DNA from: Candidatus Latescibacterota bacterium
GTDB lineage: Bacteria > Latescibacterota > UBA2968 > UBA8231
DNA: 64,000 nucleotides
NCBI GenBank assembly: GCA_965261395.1
Contig: OZ253462.1
Coordinates: 2,784,001-2,848,000 of the forward strand
Reading direction: 5' to 3'
The first letter of the stretch is position 1, and every line of letters begins with the position of its first letter. Under the pieces are notes generated by a model. The model saw only the letters and a list, made by a program, of their open reading frames with translations. It ran no database searches and was not told where the DNA came from. Positions 50,289 to 60,236 of the stretch are shown piece after piece. The translations under genes were made by a program, and so were the position numbers.

Positions 50289-52112
50289 ATCCCCAACTCC
50301 TCAAAGTTCTCCTTAATGGTCGCCGCCAGCGTTACCGCCTCTGCATTGAGTTCGTCCAATTCCTCGTGAATCTCGCGCAGGGCCTCCCTGAAGTCGAAAT
50401 CCTCGTCCTCCTCCTCGGGCGCGACCCCTACATAGCGGCCCGGAGTCAGGCTCCAGTCGTTGGCCTCAATCTCGGCGCGATCCACCAGCTTAACCAGCCC
50501 TTCCACATCGCGCAGCTCAGCGTCCGGGAAGCGCTCGGTGAGCCAGTGGGCCTGCTGATAGAAGTAGCGCACCTGCTTGAGTTGCTCAACGGCTCGCTGG
50601 CGGGCCTCGTCGGCGGCCTTGCGAGCACGAGTGACACCACGGGCGTCATAGAAGACGCTGGACTTGGCATCGCACTCCTCCTCGCAAATCTCGATGAGGC
50701 GGGCAGCCAGCTTGTACAGGTGTTCGGCCTGTCCGGCAAGATCGCGGCTGCTCTCGGCCAGCGAGGCGAGGTCGTCAACCCTTGTTCGCATCGTGCCGCT
50801 GTCAATTTCCGGGCCGGCCCAAGCCTCCCCCTGTGCGGCGACTGCCTTTTGGAAAGCGTCCCCGTCAGCCTCAAAGTCGCGTATGGCTTTCGTCAAATTT
50901 TCGGACGCCTCGGCATGGGCACCTTCTGCACCCAGCGTATTGAGAAAAGGAACCAGCACATCCCGCAGGCTGTTGAGCGAGGCTAGAAAATTCGGCAGGC
51001 CCCGTTCACCCTCGGTGCTGAAACACCCCTTCCCCTCATCAAGGGCGCGGGCGCAGTAGCGCGACACCAGCTCGACAAAACGCTCGCTGTCGCCCCGATA
51101 GAGCCAGACGATAGCCAGCAAATTCTGCTGCTGTTCAGGGCTAAAGTCGCAGATCTTGCGCGTCACTTGGCGAAACACGTTGCGCGCGTCGATCATCAGC
51201 ACCTTGTCGCGGTGCGCCTCGGGCTTGGCACGGTTGAAAAACCACAGCTCGCACGGCACGGTGCGGGTATAGAAGAAGTTGCTGCGAATGGCGATCATCG
51301 CGTCCACATCGCCGCTCTCCACCAGCTTCCGCCGCACCTGTGCCTCGCCGCCACCAGCACTAGACGCCTGCGACGACATCACAAAGCCAGCTAGCCCCTG
51401 CTCGTTCAGATAGCTGTAGAAGTAGCTAATCCAGACGTAGTTGCCGTTGCTGACTTTGCCCTGCTTGTTGACACCAGGTAGGCCAAACGGCAAACGCGGA
51501 TCAACCTTCACCTTGTCGGCGTCGATTTCGTCCACATTGAAGGGAGGATTGGCCATGACGTAGTCGGCCCGCCCCACCAGTTCGTGCGGATCCTCGTAGT
51601 AGGTGATGGCCTTCTGGATGTCGCCTTCGAGGCCGTGGACGGCGAGGTTCATCTTGGCGAGGTGAATGGTGGTGGCGTTTTTCTCCAAGCCGCGGAAAGT
51701 GAGCCGCTCGGTGGGGCTTTGGCCTTGCTCCTCCACGGTGCGAGCACTCTGCACGAACATGCCACCGGAGCCGCACGCCGGGTCCAGCACAGTGCCGCGC
51801 TGCGGATTGAGAACATGGGCGATCAGCGACACTAGCGACACAGGCGTGAAGAACTCCCCGTCGTCGTGGGCCTTCTGATCGGCGAACTTGGTGAGAAAGT
51901 ACTCGTAGATGCGGCCGAAGACATCGCCGGAGACCTGCTTCAACTCATCCGGGTTGAGCGTGCGCAGGAGCTGGCCAAGGACGGAGCCGTCCAATTCCCG
52001 GTATTCGCTCTTGGGCAGGACGCCGCGCAGGCTGTCGTAGTCGTTCTCAATGGACTCCATGGCCGCGATGACAGCCCCGGCCCGGTCTGCGCCATCAGGC
52101 AAGGCGACGAAT
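50285..52112 (-). pseudogene. hsdM: Type I RM methyltransferase subunit, 5'-truncated
   Basis: FFTP, LDPACGSGGM and ANPPFN present; the usual N-terminal LWxxA..LR/PVLGLIFL region is missing and the frame runs into unrelated AT-rich sequence. Confidence 0.8.
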
Positions 52113-52168
52113 GACCCCATATATATCAGAAAAAACGCCGTTGACAGAGACACTTCAAGCGAACAACC

Positions 52169-53640
52169 TTACATCGCCGTCGCAAACACCTTCGCCCGGC
52201 CCATGTGCAGACGAATGGCCACCTGTCTGCCGCGCAAGGCCGACAAATCGCTGCTGCCCCGCCACGTCGCCACCCCAGCCAACTCGTCGCCAGCCAGCAA
52301 GTCGGCCTCCTCTAACCCAAAGCCCTCTATGGCCTGCACCGGCGCAGCCGGCGAAGAGGGCGGCCCGACCAGTTCGGCCTTGATCCAACCGCCTTCCTTT
52401 TGCGTCTGGAAATTGAGCGTCAGCTCGCGGCCCTCGCACTCGCGTTCAACCAGCGTTACGCGGCCTTCAACCAGCGCTTCGAGCGCTACCAGCCGATCTC
52501 GCTTCCAAGTGGCCCAACGCCATTCCGAGGGGCGACCCGGTTCGTACCGCTCTCCCCAATCGTGCAAGTCGTACTGCCAATGAACATCACGCCCCATGTC
52601 TCCGGGTCGAGCGGGACCAAGTCCGGGAAGGCAAACACCATGCCGTACCCTTCAGGCTCAGGGGAGATGATGGGCTTGCGCTCGGGCCGGCTCCACAACA
52701 AGCCGTCGCGGCTAGTCGCCAATTGCACATCCACAGTGGCCGTCCAGCGGTGGTACATGGCTGGGAACATCAAATGGAAGCCGCCGTGGGGATAGCGGCA
52801 ATAGCCCGACGCGTACACGTCGTCATCTATGGGATCTTGCGGATCCGCGCCGAATACCGGCCGCGGCGGCGACCATTTCCCGAACTCCGCGCCCTCGGTG
52901 CGGCGCACGATGCGGCGGCGATTTTGATGGCCGCGCAAATAGGCCACGTATTGACCGGCTTCCGCGTCGTACGCAGCGATGTTGTGGCTGTCGAGTCCGG
53001 TGCGACCCACGTTCAAAAGCGGCTCCTCCAAGAAGGTCCACTGCTTGCCATCGGGCGACACCGCACCTTTGAGCAAGCCGACGAAATACAAAGCTGCAGC
53101 CCGCTGCTCTGGCGTGTAGCCGGCCTCTGTCATGGCGCGGCGAATGGCCCACTTGCGCTCCCGAGTCATCGCGGGCACCGGCACTCCCTCGTGATAGGTA
53201 ATGGAATCGCGCGCCATCGCTTTGTAACGAGCCTCCGGCGGGGCCATCGGATCCACAAACACGGATTGCAACCCAAAGTCGCCGAAGCGGAAGAGCAAGT
53301 TGTTGGCCGTGCTGCCGCCGTACTCTTGCAAATGCAGGGCCGGGCGTTGCCAACAAAAGCCGTCCGTGCTCTCGGCGTACGCAATGAAGGGAGGTTGGTC
53401 ATCCCCAGCGCCGCGGGCGATGTACCACATCTTCAGCACGTCGCCATCGCAGAGCACAACCTGCGGCGTCAGACCGCCCGCTTCCCAGGGGTGTTCCGGC
53501 GCGATGAAGACCGGGGATTTACTCGCCTCCTGCACGGCCAACCGCACGCCGACCGGCGGGTCTTGCACCCAGGCTTGGCCGCCTTCGATGCCGGCTTGGC
53601 CGGCCCATACGCCATACCAATCGAGAAAGGGCTGTGGCAT
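52169..53640 (-). pseudogene. Glycoside hydrolase-like beta-propeller protein, frameshifted near 52577
   Basis: STDGFCW, RYKA, SPDGKQW, SRDGLLW; ATT GG CAG TAC GAC lacks one base and the C-terminus continues in ORF 52169-52597; same family pattern as 18324-19772. Confidence 0.7.
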
Positions 53641-53643
53641 GGC

Positions 53644-54306
53644 TTAGGTCGGCCAGTTCTGGTGGACCAAAAGGCGCAAGCGGTCGGTTTCGCTCAGGCG
53701 ATTTTTGATCTCCCCTGCGAACTCCGCCAAGGTTTGCTCCACCGTGGCGTCGGACGTGTCGAGGGCGAATTTCTTGCGGATGAGCGAATCGCGGAATTCC
53801 TCCTCAAAGCGCTGCAACACGTACTCGATATCCTTTTCCTGTACCACCGGCCGCTCGTGCGGCTGCGCGCGCATGCGCTGGGCAATGACTTCGGGCTGCG
53901 CGCGCACCAGCACGAGCACCGTATCGGGCGCGTGCTGCATGATCTCCTCGTCGAAGGCACGAGCCAGCGCGGCGCGGTCGGCGTACTCGCCTCGGCCCCC
54001 GTAGCCGTAGTACAAAGGCGCGTACACGGCCTCTTCAATGTGGAAACCCACTAAGTTGTGGTCCGGGTCGCTGTAGAAAGCGGGATGGAAGTGGTAGTTC
54101 ATCATGTAGCGCTGGAACATCTCCTTCAGCCGCGGGCTGAGCGCCAGCAGTTGCTCCTGTTCCTCTACGGGGAACTCGTTGCACGGCAGGCTGAAGTGGT
54201 CGTGGAAAGTGCGCGACGAACCAAAAGTGCGCTCGATCCAACCGACGATAGAGTTGGCCAAAGTCGTCTTGCCAGCGTATTCGCAACCTACGAGGATCAG
54301 TCTCAT
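53644..54306 (-). CDS. P-loop nucleotide-kinase-like protein
   Basis: ILVGCEYAGKTT Walker A; GGAGG RBS. Confidence 0.7.
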   Translation of the reverse strand: MRLILVGCEYAGKTTLANSIVGWIERTFGSSRTFHDHFSLPCNEFPVEEQEQLLALSPRLKEMFQRYMMNYHFHPAFYSDPDHNLVGFHIEEAVYAPLYYGYGGRGEYADRAALARAFDEEIMQHAPDTVLVLVRAQPEVIAQRMRAQPHERPVVQEKDIEYVLQRFEEEFRDSLIRKKFALDTSDATVEQTLAEFAGEIKNRLSETDRLRLLVHQNWPT

Positions 54307-54347
54307 GTTGCCTCCTTCTGAATGCCCAAAGGGGCGCGATTAGTGAT

Positions 54348-56651
54348 CTAATAAACAACGGCAACTATGCGCCACCTGCTATGGCTTTCTTCGTCGCCTT
54401 CGACGCGCAATCCCACCACGTACAGCCCTGGCGTTACCTTCACCCCCCAACTCCCTCGGCCATCCCAAACCCAAGCCCGACCACCAGCCTTGCCCTCCTC
54501 TTCTCGCACCCACACCAACCGCCCCGCAAGGTCAAAAATCCGCAGGCCGATCCACCGCGCGGCCAAGACATTGACCAAGTCGAATTCCACCCGCAGCGCG
54601 TCGTTGACCCCGTCGCCATTCGGCGTCAATGTCGGTGGCCCTATCGCCACGTTGGCCAACAACCGTGCCCCCACGGGCAAGCGCACGGCATTGGTGCTGC
54701 TAGCAACCTCTGCGTACGCGTCGCCCGCATCCACCCGCTGCCGCAACAGCGCGTCGGCGGGGCCTTGGGCAATAAAGGCGTCAAAGCGCGTGGCATCGAC
54801 AAACACGGTTCCGGCAAAGCGCAGTTCCACTAGCTGACGGCTCTTAACCGGCGCGGCCAAGGCGACCGCCAATCCCCCTTCCGTCGGATAATCCGTCGCT
54901 TCCACCACCTCGCCCTCCACCAACACCGCCACAAACTCAATCGGCGCGGAGGTCTCCACCTCCAAGTGGTCAAAGCCGCGACCCGCCACCTGCTGTGGAC
55001 GAATGTAATAGGCAAACTCGGTGCGCTCCCCAGGCTGCACTTCGACCGGAAAAATCTCCCCCACCACTTCTTGCGCCACCGGGTCGCCGAACTCGATCTC
55101 CAGCCAATCTAAGGCCGCCCCCGCATCCGGCCGCTCGGATACCAAGGCGACCTCCAACTCGGCGTATTGTCGCGGCGAAGGCGAAGCAAACGGCTCGCCC
55201 GGCTGCAAGTACAGCTTGCTCCACGGGCTCCAATTGGCCCCCGGCGACAGCGCGGTGTCGATCCGGCCCTTAAAGGACGGGATGAGCTTGTCGTACTTTC
55301 GCTCGGTGACGACTCGGCCGTTTTTGTCGTGATAAGTGATGTCCATTTGCAGGTCATTGCCCGTGCGGCTGCGCACCTCCATCCGCGTCCCAGCGGGCGC
55401 GTCGGCCTGCCAGCGGATCGCGTGGACCTGCTTGTCGCCGCCGAGATCAATCAGGGGCGAAGGCAACACCACCCGCTGCGGATGCCCCTCGCCAAAGACC
55501 TGCAACTCGCGCGTGCCGCCCCAAAACTGGCAGGGCGGCACAATGCCGCAGCCCACGCAAGCGGCCGCACAGGCCGCGTCCCAAAACACCCATTCGACCC
55601 GCACGTAGCGCGTCTTGATCGGCTCAAAGTGGTGATTGGCGATCCCGAGCTGGCGATTGGACATCGTAGCTTTACCCGCGAATTGCCGGTTCCAGATGCG
55701 CGTACCATTTGGTGCCAGCGACCCATCCGCGGTTAGCACCTCGTAGCGGTCGAAGTTGAAGCGGAATTGCCCGGGCCGCGACAAAAAATTCCCGACGATG
55801 CGCACCAAATCCACCCAATAAACCGCGCCCAAGTCCAAGGTCATGCGCGAGATCACATCAACCGGGCGGTTGATGCGGCGGTTTTCCGACCACAGGGAAA
55901 ACCGGCCGTCGGCCAGCGGTAGCGAGTTGGCAAACGACGCCGCGTCGCCAAAGCCGTCGATATCGACGATGATTTCCAAGCCCCCGCCCTTGGCCGCCAG
56001 ATCCAAGGAGAGGTTGTCGCCGATGGCTTCGACCTCCACCTCGGCCAGCGCGGCCTCGGCTCCACAGTCGAGCACTTCGACGCGGATAAATTGCACAAAC
56101 GGATCGCGCACCGGGTCCAGCTCCAGCGCGACTTGCTGCCGTTGGTTTTCCTTGAAGCGCTCCTGCACGCGGTACACGAGGCTACCTTCCATGGGGTTGC
56201 CGACCACGTCGATGGCTGGCTCTCCAGTGGAAAGCAACACGTCGAACAGCGCGCACGGCGGAGCAGTCTCCAAAAAGGTCAGCGCTACCCGGCGCGCCGC
56301 CACAGCTCGTCCCAAGTCGATCTCGATCCACCAATCGTCTGGATCATCGGCCAAGTCGGGACTCCAGCCGGTTAGCCGATCCCCGTCAATAGCCCGTGTA
56401 GCGGCTTGCCGATTGGAACCCGCGGCCCGAATGCCTCCGCCAAAAGCCCCAGCATCGAGCACTGGATCGACGTTTTTGCGGATTTCGACCGGGCGGATGA
56501 CTCCAGCGTTGTCGAGTGCAATAATCCCTAGCGGCAAGCGCCAAGTCCGCCACTCATCGGCCGCGTCAAAGCGAAGCTGCTCGGCGGCGAGCGCAGTTGG
56601 GAACAATACGCTGACGCCCCACAGGGCGGCGTGGAGTACCTTGCAAACCAT
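54348..56651 (-). CDS. Secreted discoidin/F5-8-like protein with C-terminal FlgD-Ig domain
   Basis: ATG 56651 after GGAGG; signal peptide; AIDGDRLTGW..IEIDLG; TPNGDGVND...IFDLAGR...WDGR...PGLY. Confidence 0.75.
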   Translation of the reverse strand: MVCKVLHAALWGVSVLFPTALAAEQLRFDAADEWRTWRLPLGIIALDNAGVIRPVEIRKNVDPVLDAGAFGGGIRAAGSNRQAATRAIDGDRLTGWSPDLADDPDDWWIEIDLGRAVAARRVALTFLETAPPCALFDVLLSTGEPAIDVVGNPMEGSLVYRVQERFKENQRQQVALELDPVRDPFVQFIRVEVLDCGAEAALAEVEVEAIGDNLSLDLAAKGGGLEIIVDIDGFGDAASFANSLPLADGRFSLWSENRRINRPVDVISRMTLDLGAVYWVDLVRIVGNFLSRPGQFRFNFDRYEVLTADGSLAPNGTRIWNRQFAGKATMSNRQLGIANHHFEPIKTRYVRVEWVFWDAACAAACVGCGIVPPCQFWGGTRELQVFGEGHPQRVVLPSPLIDLGGDKQVHAIRWQADAPAGTRMEVRSRTGNDLQMDITYHDKNGRVVTERKYDKLIPSFKGRIDTALSPGANWSPWSKLYLQPGEPFASPSPRQYAELEVALVSERPDAGAALDWLEIEFGDPVAQEVVGEIFPVEVQPGERTEFAYYIRPQQVAGRGFDHLEVETSAPIEFVAVLVEGEVVEATDYPTEGGLAVALAAPVKSRQLVELRFAGTVFVDATRFDAFIAQGPADALLRQRVDAGDAYAEVASSTNAVRLPVGARLLANVAIGPPTLTPNGDGVNDALRVEFDLVNVLAARWIGLRIFDLAGRLVWVREEEGKAGGRAWVWDGRGSWGVKVTPGLYVVGLRVEGDEESHSRWRIVAVVY

Positions 56652-56827
56652 GATGCCTCCTATAATCATCGGTCGCCCCGGCTGGCGTCGAGCCGCCGCA
56701 AGCGACGCGGAGCCATAGTAGTATATCGAACCGCGCTTCTCCATCCAATCCGCGCTTGCCTCTTGCACGTTGCCCTTGTTATTGTAGAGGCACGCCCACC
56801 AACCGCGCACCCACCGGAGGAAAAGCA

Positions 56828-57835
56828 ATGCCCGCGCTCACATCCCACCAACTCGATCACTTTGCCAGCGAAGGCTACGTCGTCGTCAAGGGCGTCCTCG
56901 ATCCGGGCACCACCCTCGACCCGGTCATCGACGAATACGCCACGGTCCTCGACAGCTTGGCCGACGCGCTCTACGCTCAGGGCGAAATCACCTCGCGCTA
57001 CGAAGAACTCGAGTTTGGCGACCGCTACATCCAGATCTGCGTTGAAACCGGCCGCGTCCACAGCCAGTACTTCGACTTCTCGCTGCCCTTTCAAAACGTC
57101 CAGCCCGACACCCCCTTCTGGGCCGGGCCGTCCGTCTTCCGCGCCTTCACCGACCCCAACCTGCTCGACGTCGTCGAGTCGCTGATTGGCCCGGAGATCT
57201 ATTCCAATCCCGTCCAGCACGTGCGCATCAAGCCGCCCGAGAGCTACCTGCCCAAAAACCAGTTCGGCAACGCCATCCTCGGGGCTACCCAGTGGCACCA
57301 AGACCACGGCGTCGTAACCGAGGAAGCCGACGACACGCGGATGCTGACAGTGTGGTTCTCGCTGCAAGACACCCCCATCGAGAAAGGGCCGCTGATGGTC
57401 GCGCCCGGCTCGCACAAAAACGGCCTTTTGCCCCACTGCCCCAACTACATGGACAACGCGCCGCAATTCGCGGGTGCGGCCCAAGTCCCGGAAAAGCTCT
57501 TCGCCGCTGATCGGGCCATCCCCCTACCGGTTGAGCGCGGCGACGTCATTTTCGTCCACAAGCAGACCGTCCACGGCTCCTACTCTAACGTCAGCGACGA
57601 GGTCCGCTGGAGCTTTGACTTGCGCTACAATCCCGCCGACCAGCCCACCGGGCGTATCGCCTTCCCTGGGTTTGTCGCCCGCAGCCGCCGCGACCCGGAC
57701 AGCGAGCTGCGCGATCCGGCCGAGTGGCATCGGCTGTGGCTAGAGGCGCGGGCCAGAATGGCGGCCATCAATCAGGGCGACCAGATCGACGTTCCCTTCC
57801 GCCGTGCGCAAATGGCGCATCCTCTGTGCGCCTAA
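56828..57835 (+). CDS. PhyH family dioxygenase
   Basis: WHQD, TVWFSL, PGSH, TVHGS, RWSFDLRY; GGAGG RBS. Confidence 0.88.
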   Translation: MPALTSHQLDHFASEGYVVVKGVLDPGTTLDPVIDEYATVLDSLADALYAQGEITSRYEELEFGDRYIQICVETGRVHSQYFDFSLPFQNVQPDTPFWAGPSVFRAFTDPNLLDVVESLIGPEIYSNPVQHVRIKPPESYLPKNQFGNAILGATQWHQDHGVVTEEADDTRMLTVWFSLQDTPIEKGPLMVAPGSHKNGLLPHCPNYMDNAPQFAGAAQVPEKLFAADRAIPLPVERGDVIFVHKQTVHGSYSNVSDEVRWSFDLRYNPADQPTGRIAFPGFVARSRRDPDSELRDPAEWHRLWLEARARMAAINQGDQIDVPFRRAQMAHPLCA

Positions 57836-57840
57836 ACGCC

Positions 57841-58869
57841 ATGCAACCATTCGACCGCTACGCCGACCTGCTCACCTATATCCAAGACAACGGCCACACC
57901 CCACAGATCCTCGGCCGCGCGCCCGACGGACAACCCATCGTCGCGGTCAAAAGCGGCGGCGACAAAACACCGGCAATCTTCATCAGCGCCGGTAGCCACT
58001 CCACCGAACAGGCCGGCGTCAGCGCGGCTTGTGCCCTCATCGACGATATCGAGACCGAGCACCAGCTCTACACCATCCCCAGCCGCGATCCCATCGGCAT
58101 GAATGGCTTGGCTTACGCACTCGGCCTAAGTCTAGATGCAGCCCCGAATCTCAACGGCCTCGACGAGGTCGCCCCCTTGCTCAAAGAGCGCGGCGAAGTC
58201 CTCTATGGCGAAGACGATACCGTGGTCGCCCTCATCGGTGAGTACGGCTACGCGACGGGCAACCTGTACAACCATCCGGTAGGAGCTTGGGTCGAAGCAC
58301 TCAAGGGGCGTCGGCTCTACTTTGCCGCCAGCAATCCCGGCGTCGAGCGCGCGTACACGCTGGTGATTGACCCCGCCGGCGAAGTTCTCCACCTCAACCG
58401 TTTCCACGATACCCCTTGGGCACCCGTTGAGTCGCGCTGCACTCGCGACCTGATGGCCGCCATACAGCCCGGCCTGACGCTGGACCTCCACGAGCACGGG
58501 GGCGACTTCTTCTGGTTCTCGGCGCGGCACCAGCGCACCCCCAGCGACCAGCAGTGGGAGGAGACCATGGCCAGCGAGATGATCGCTGCGGTCGCGGCCT
58601 CCGGTGTGGCTCTCGCCCCGAGCGACTATTTGCCTGGGTCTTTTTTTACCAAGGGGCCGCGCAGCGTCTTCTGGCTCAACCCCCAACAGCGCGGCGAGGG
58701 CTTCAATCTCGCCGACTTTGCCGCGCAAACCTACGGCTTGGCCTTCACCATTGAGACCGGCATGGAACTGCCCTTTGCCGAGCGGGTCCACACCGCAAAG
58801 ATCGTCGTGCAAAAGGCCGTCGAGGTCTTTGCAAGACGCCACGCCGGATGCTCCTCGGCCGCGCCCTAA
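57841..58869 (+). CDS. M14 zinc carboxypeptidase-like protein
   Basis: AGSHSTE (HxxE), DP, LNR, LDLHE, TIET. Confidence 0.75.
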   Translation: MQPFDRYADLLTYIQDNGHTPQILGRAPDGQPIVAVKSGGDKTPAIFISAGSHSTEQAGVSAACALIDDIETEHQLYTIPSRDPIGMNGLAYALGLSLDAAPNLNGLDEVAPLLKERGEVLYGEDDTVVALIGEYGYATGNLYNHPVGAWVEALKGRRLYFAASNPGVERAYTLVIDPAGEVLHLNRFHDTPWAPVESRCTRDLMAAIQPGLTLDLHEHGGDFFWFSARHQRTPSDQQWEETMASEMIAAVAASGVALAPSDYLPGSFFTKGPRSVFWLNPQQRGEGFNLADFAAQTYGLAFTIETGMELPFAERVHTAKIVVQKAVEVFARRHAGCSSAAP

Positions 58870-60104
58870 GCCGCTTTCGGCTGCGGGAATTCAACCGCAA
58901 TGTCCGGCTATTTTTCGCTTTTGGCACCTCGATCAACGCCGGCATGGCGCTCTTTTCCCTGCTGTACAATCTCTATCTACTGCGTCTGAGCTACCAAGAG
59001 GACTTTATCGGCCAAGTCGCCAGCATGGCGCCGCTGGCGACCGGCCTGTTGGCGCTGCCCACCGGCATCCTGAGCGACCGCCTCGGCCGCAAGCCCTTCC
59101 TCATAGCCTCGGGCCTGCTGCTGGCAGTCTCCCAGTTGGGCCTGTGTTTGACCACGTCGCCGGGCGCGATGCTGGCGTTCTCGTTTGTCGGCGGCGTGGC
59201 CATGGCCTTCGTCTGGGTCAACCATGTCCCCTTCCTCTCGGACAATGCCCATCCGGCGCGACGCGCCGAAGCCCTCGCCATCTGGTCGGCCCTGCAAATA
59301 GTCGTCCGCATGCTCTTGAGCTTAGTCGGCGGCTTCATGCCCGGGGTCATGGGCTATTTCCTCGGCCTTTCCACCGAGGCCCCCGCGCCCTTCCGCTACG
59401 CGCTGTTCCTCGGCGCGGCTTGTTCGCTTATCGCCATCGTACCGCTGTTGTACGCATCCAGTCCGGCCCGTCGCGAAAGAGCACCCACGCCAACCCGGTC
59501 ATCGGACGAGGACAAGCCAGCATCCTCGCCGTGGCGCATCTTTGCCGGCATTACCGCCTTGAGTGGCACGCGCGGTTTCTCCATGGGGCTGACGTACCCG
59601 TTCTTCAACGTATTCTTCGAGTCCGAGCTGGGCGTCGGCCCGGCTGCAATCGGCGCGATCTTCTTTCTCAGCCAACTCGTCAGCCTGCCAGCGACCTTCG
59701 CCGCGCCGACGCTGGTGCGCCGCTTCGGACCGACGCTAACCATCCTCCCGGCTCGCACCGCGAGCGGCAGTGCCCTCGGGATCATGGGAGCCTTTATCAG
59801 CCTGCCGTTAGCCGTGCTCATGTTCCTGCTCGTGCGCATCGGCGAAGTCATCGACAATCCGTCCGACCAGCACTTCTCCACCCAAGTGCTGCCCCGACGC
59901 TATTGGGCACGGATCCAGGGCCTGCGCGTCTGCGGCTTCCAGCTTTTGAGCTTCCTCGGCAGCCTCATAGGCGGCACGCTCATTCTCGACTATGGCTATG
60001 GGGCCGCCTTTGGCCTGGCCTGCGCGTCGCGGATTGCGAGCGGCCTAATCATGGCGGCTTTTTTCGGGCTGCGGCCAGCGCGTCCTCTTGCAGGAGAGCG
60101 TTAG
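58848..60104 (+). CDS. MFS transporter
   Basis: GILSDRLGRK motif A; about 12 hydrophobic segments. Confidence 0.9.
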   Translation: MLLGRALSRFRLREFNRNVRLFFAFGTSINAGMALFSLLYNLYLLRLSYQEDFIGQVASMAPLATGLLALPTGILSDRLGRKPFLIASGLLLAVSQLGLCLTTSPGAMLAFSFVGGVAMAFVWVNHVPFLSDNAHPARRAEALAIWSALQIVVRMLLSLVGGFMPGVMGYFLGLSTEAPAPFRYALFLGAACSLIAIVPLLYASSPARRERAPTPTRSSDEDKPASSPWRIFAGITALSGTRGFSMGLTYPFFNVFFESELGVGPAAIGAIFFLSQLVSLPATFAAPTLVRRFGPTLTILPARTASGSALGIMGAFISLPLAVLMFLLVRIGEVIDNPSDQHFSTQVLPRRYWARIQGLRVCGFQLLSFLGSLIGGTLILDYGYGAAFGLACASRIASGLIMAAFFGLRPARPLAGER

Positions 60105-60236
60105 CGCAATTTATTCTCGTGGCAATCCAATAGAGCGCTTCCTGCACAACGACGAATTTCCTATTGACACAGACGCTACGCCCTGATAGTGGTTAGGGGG
60201 AAGTTGCTGTTGGCCACTAACCAAAAGAGGTCCCCC

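Noticed and set aside
42481-52130. atatat/cccc stretches at both ends of the Type I island as att sites or terminal inverted repeats
   Set aside because: They do not form a convincing direct or inverted repeat, and no integrase is present
58604-60133. 509-aa ORF overlapping the MFS gene
   Set aside because: It is an Arg/Pro-rich shadow frame; the MFS frame has clear motifs
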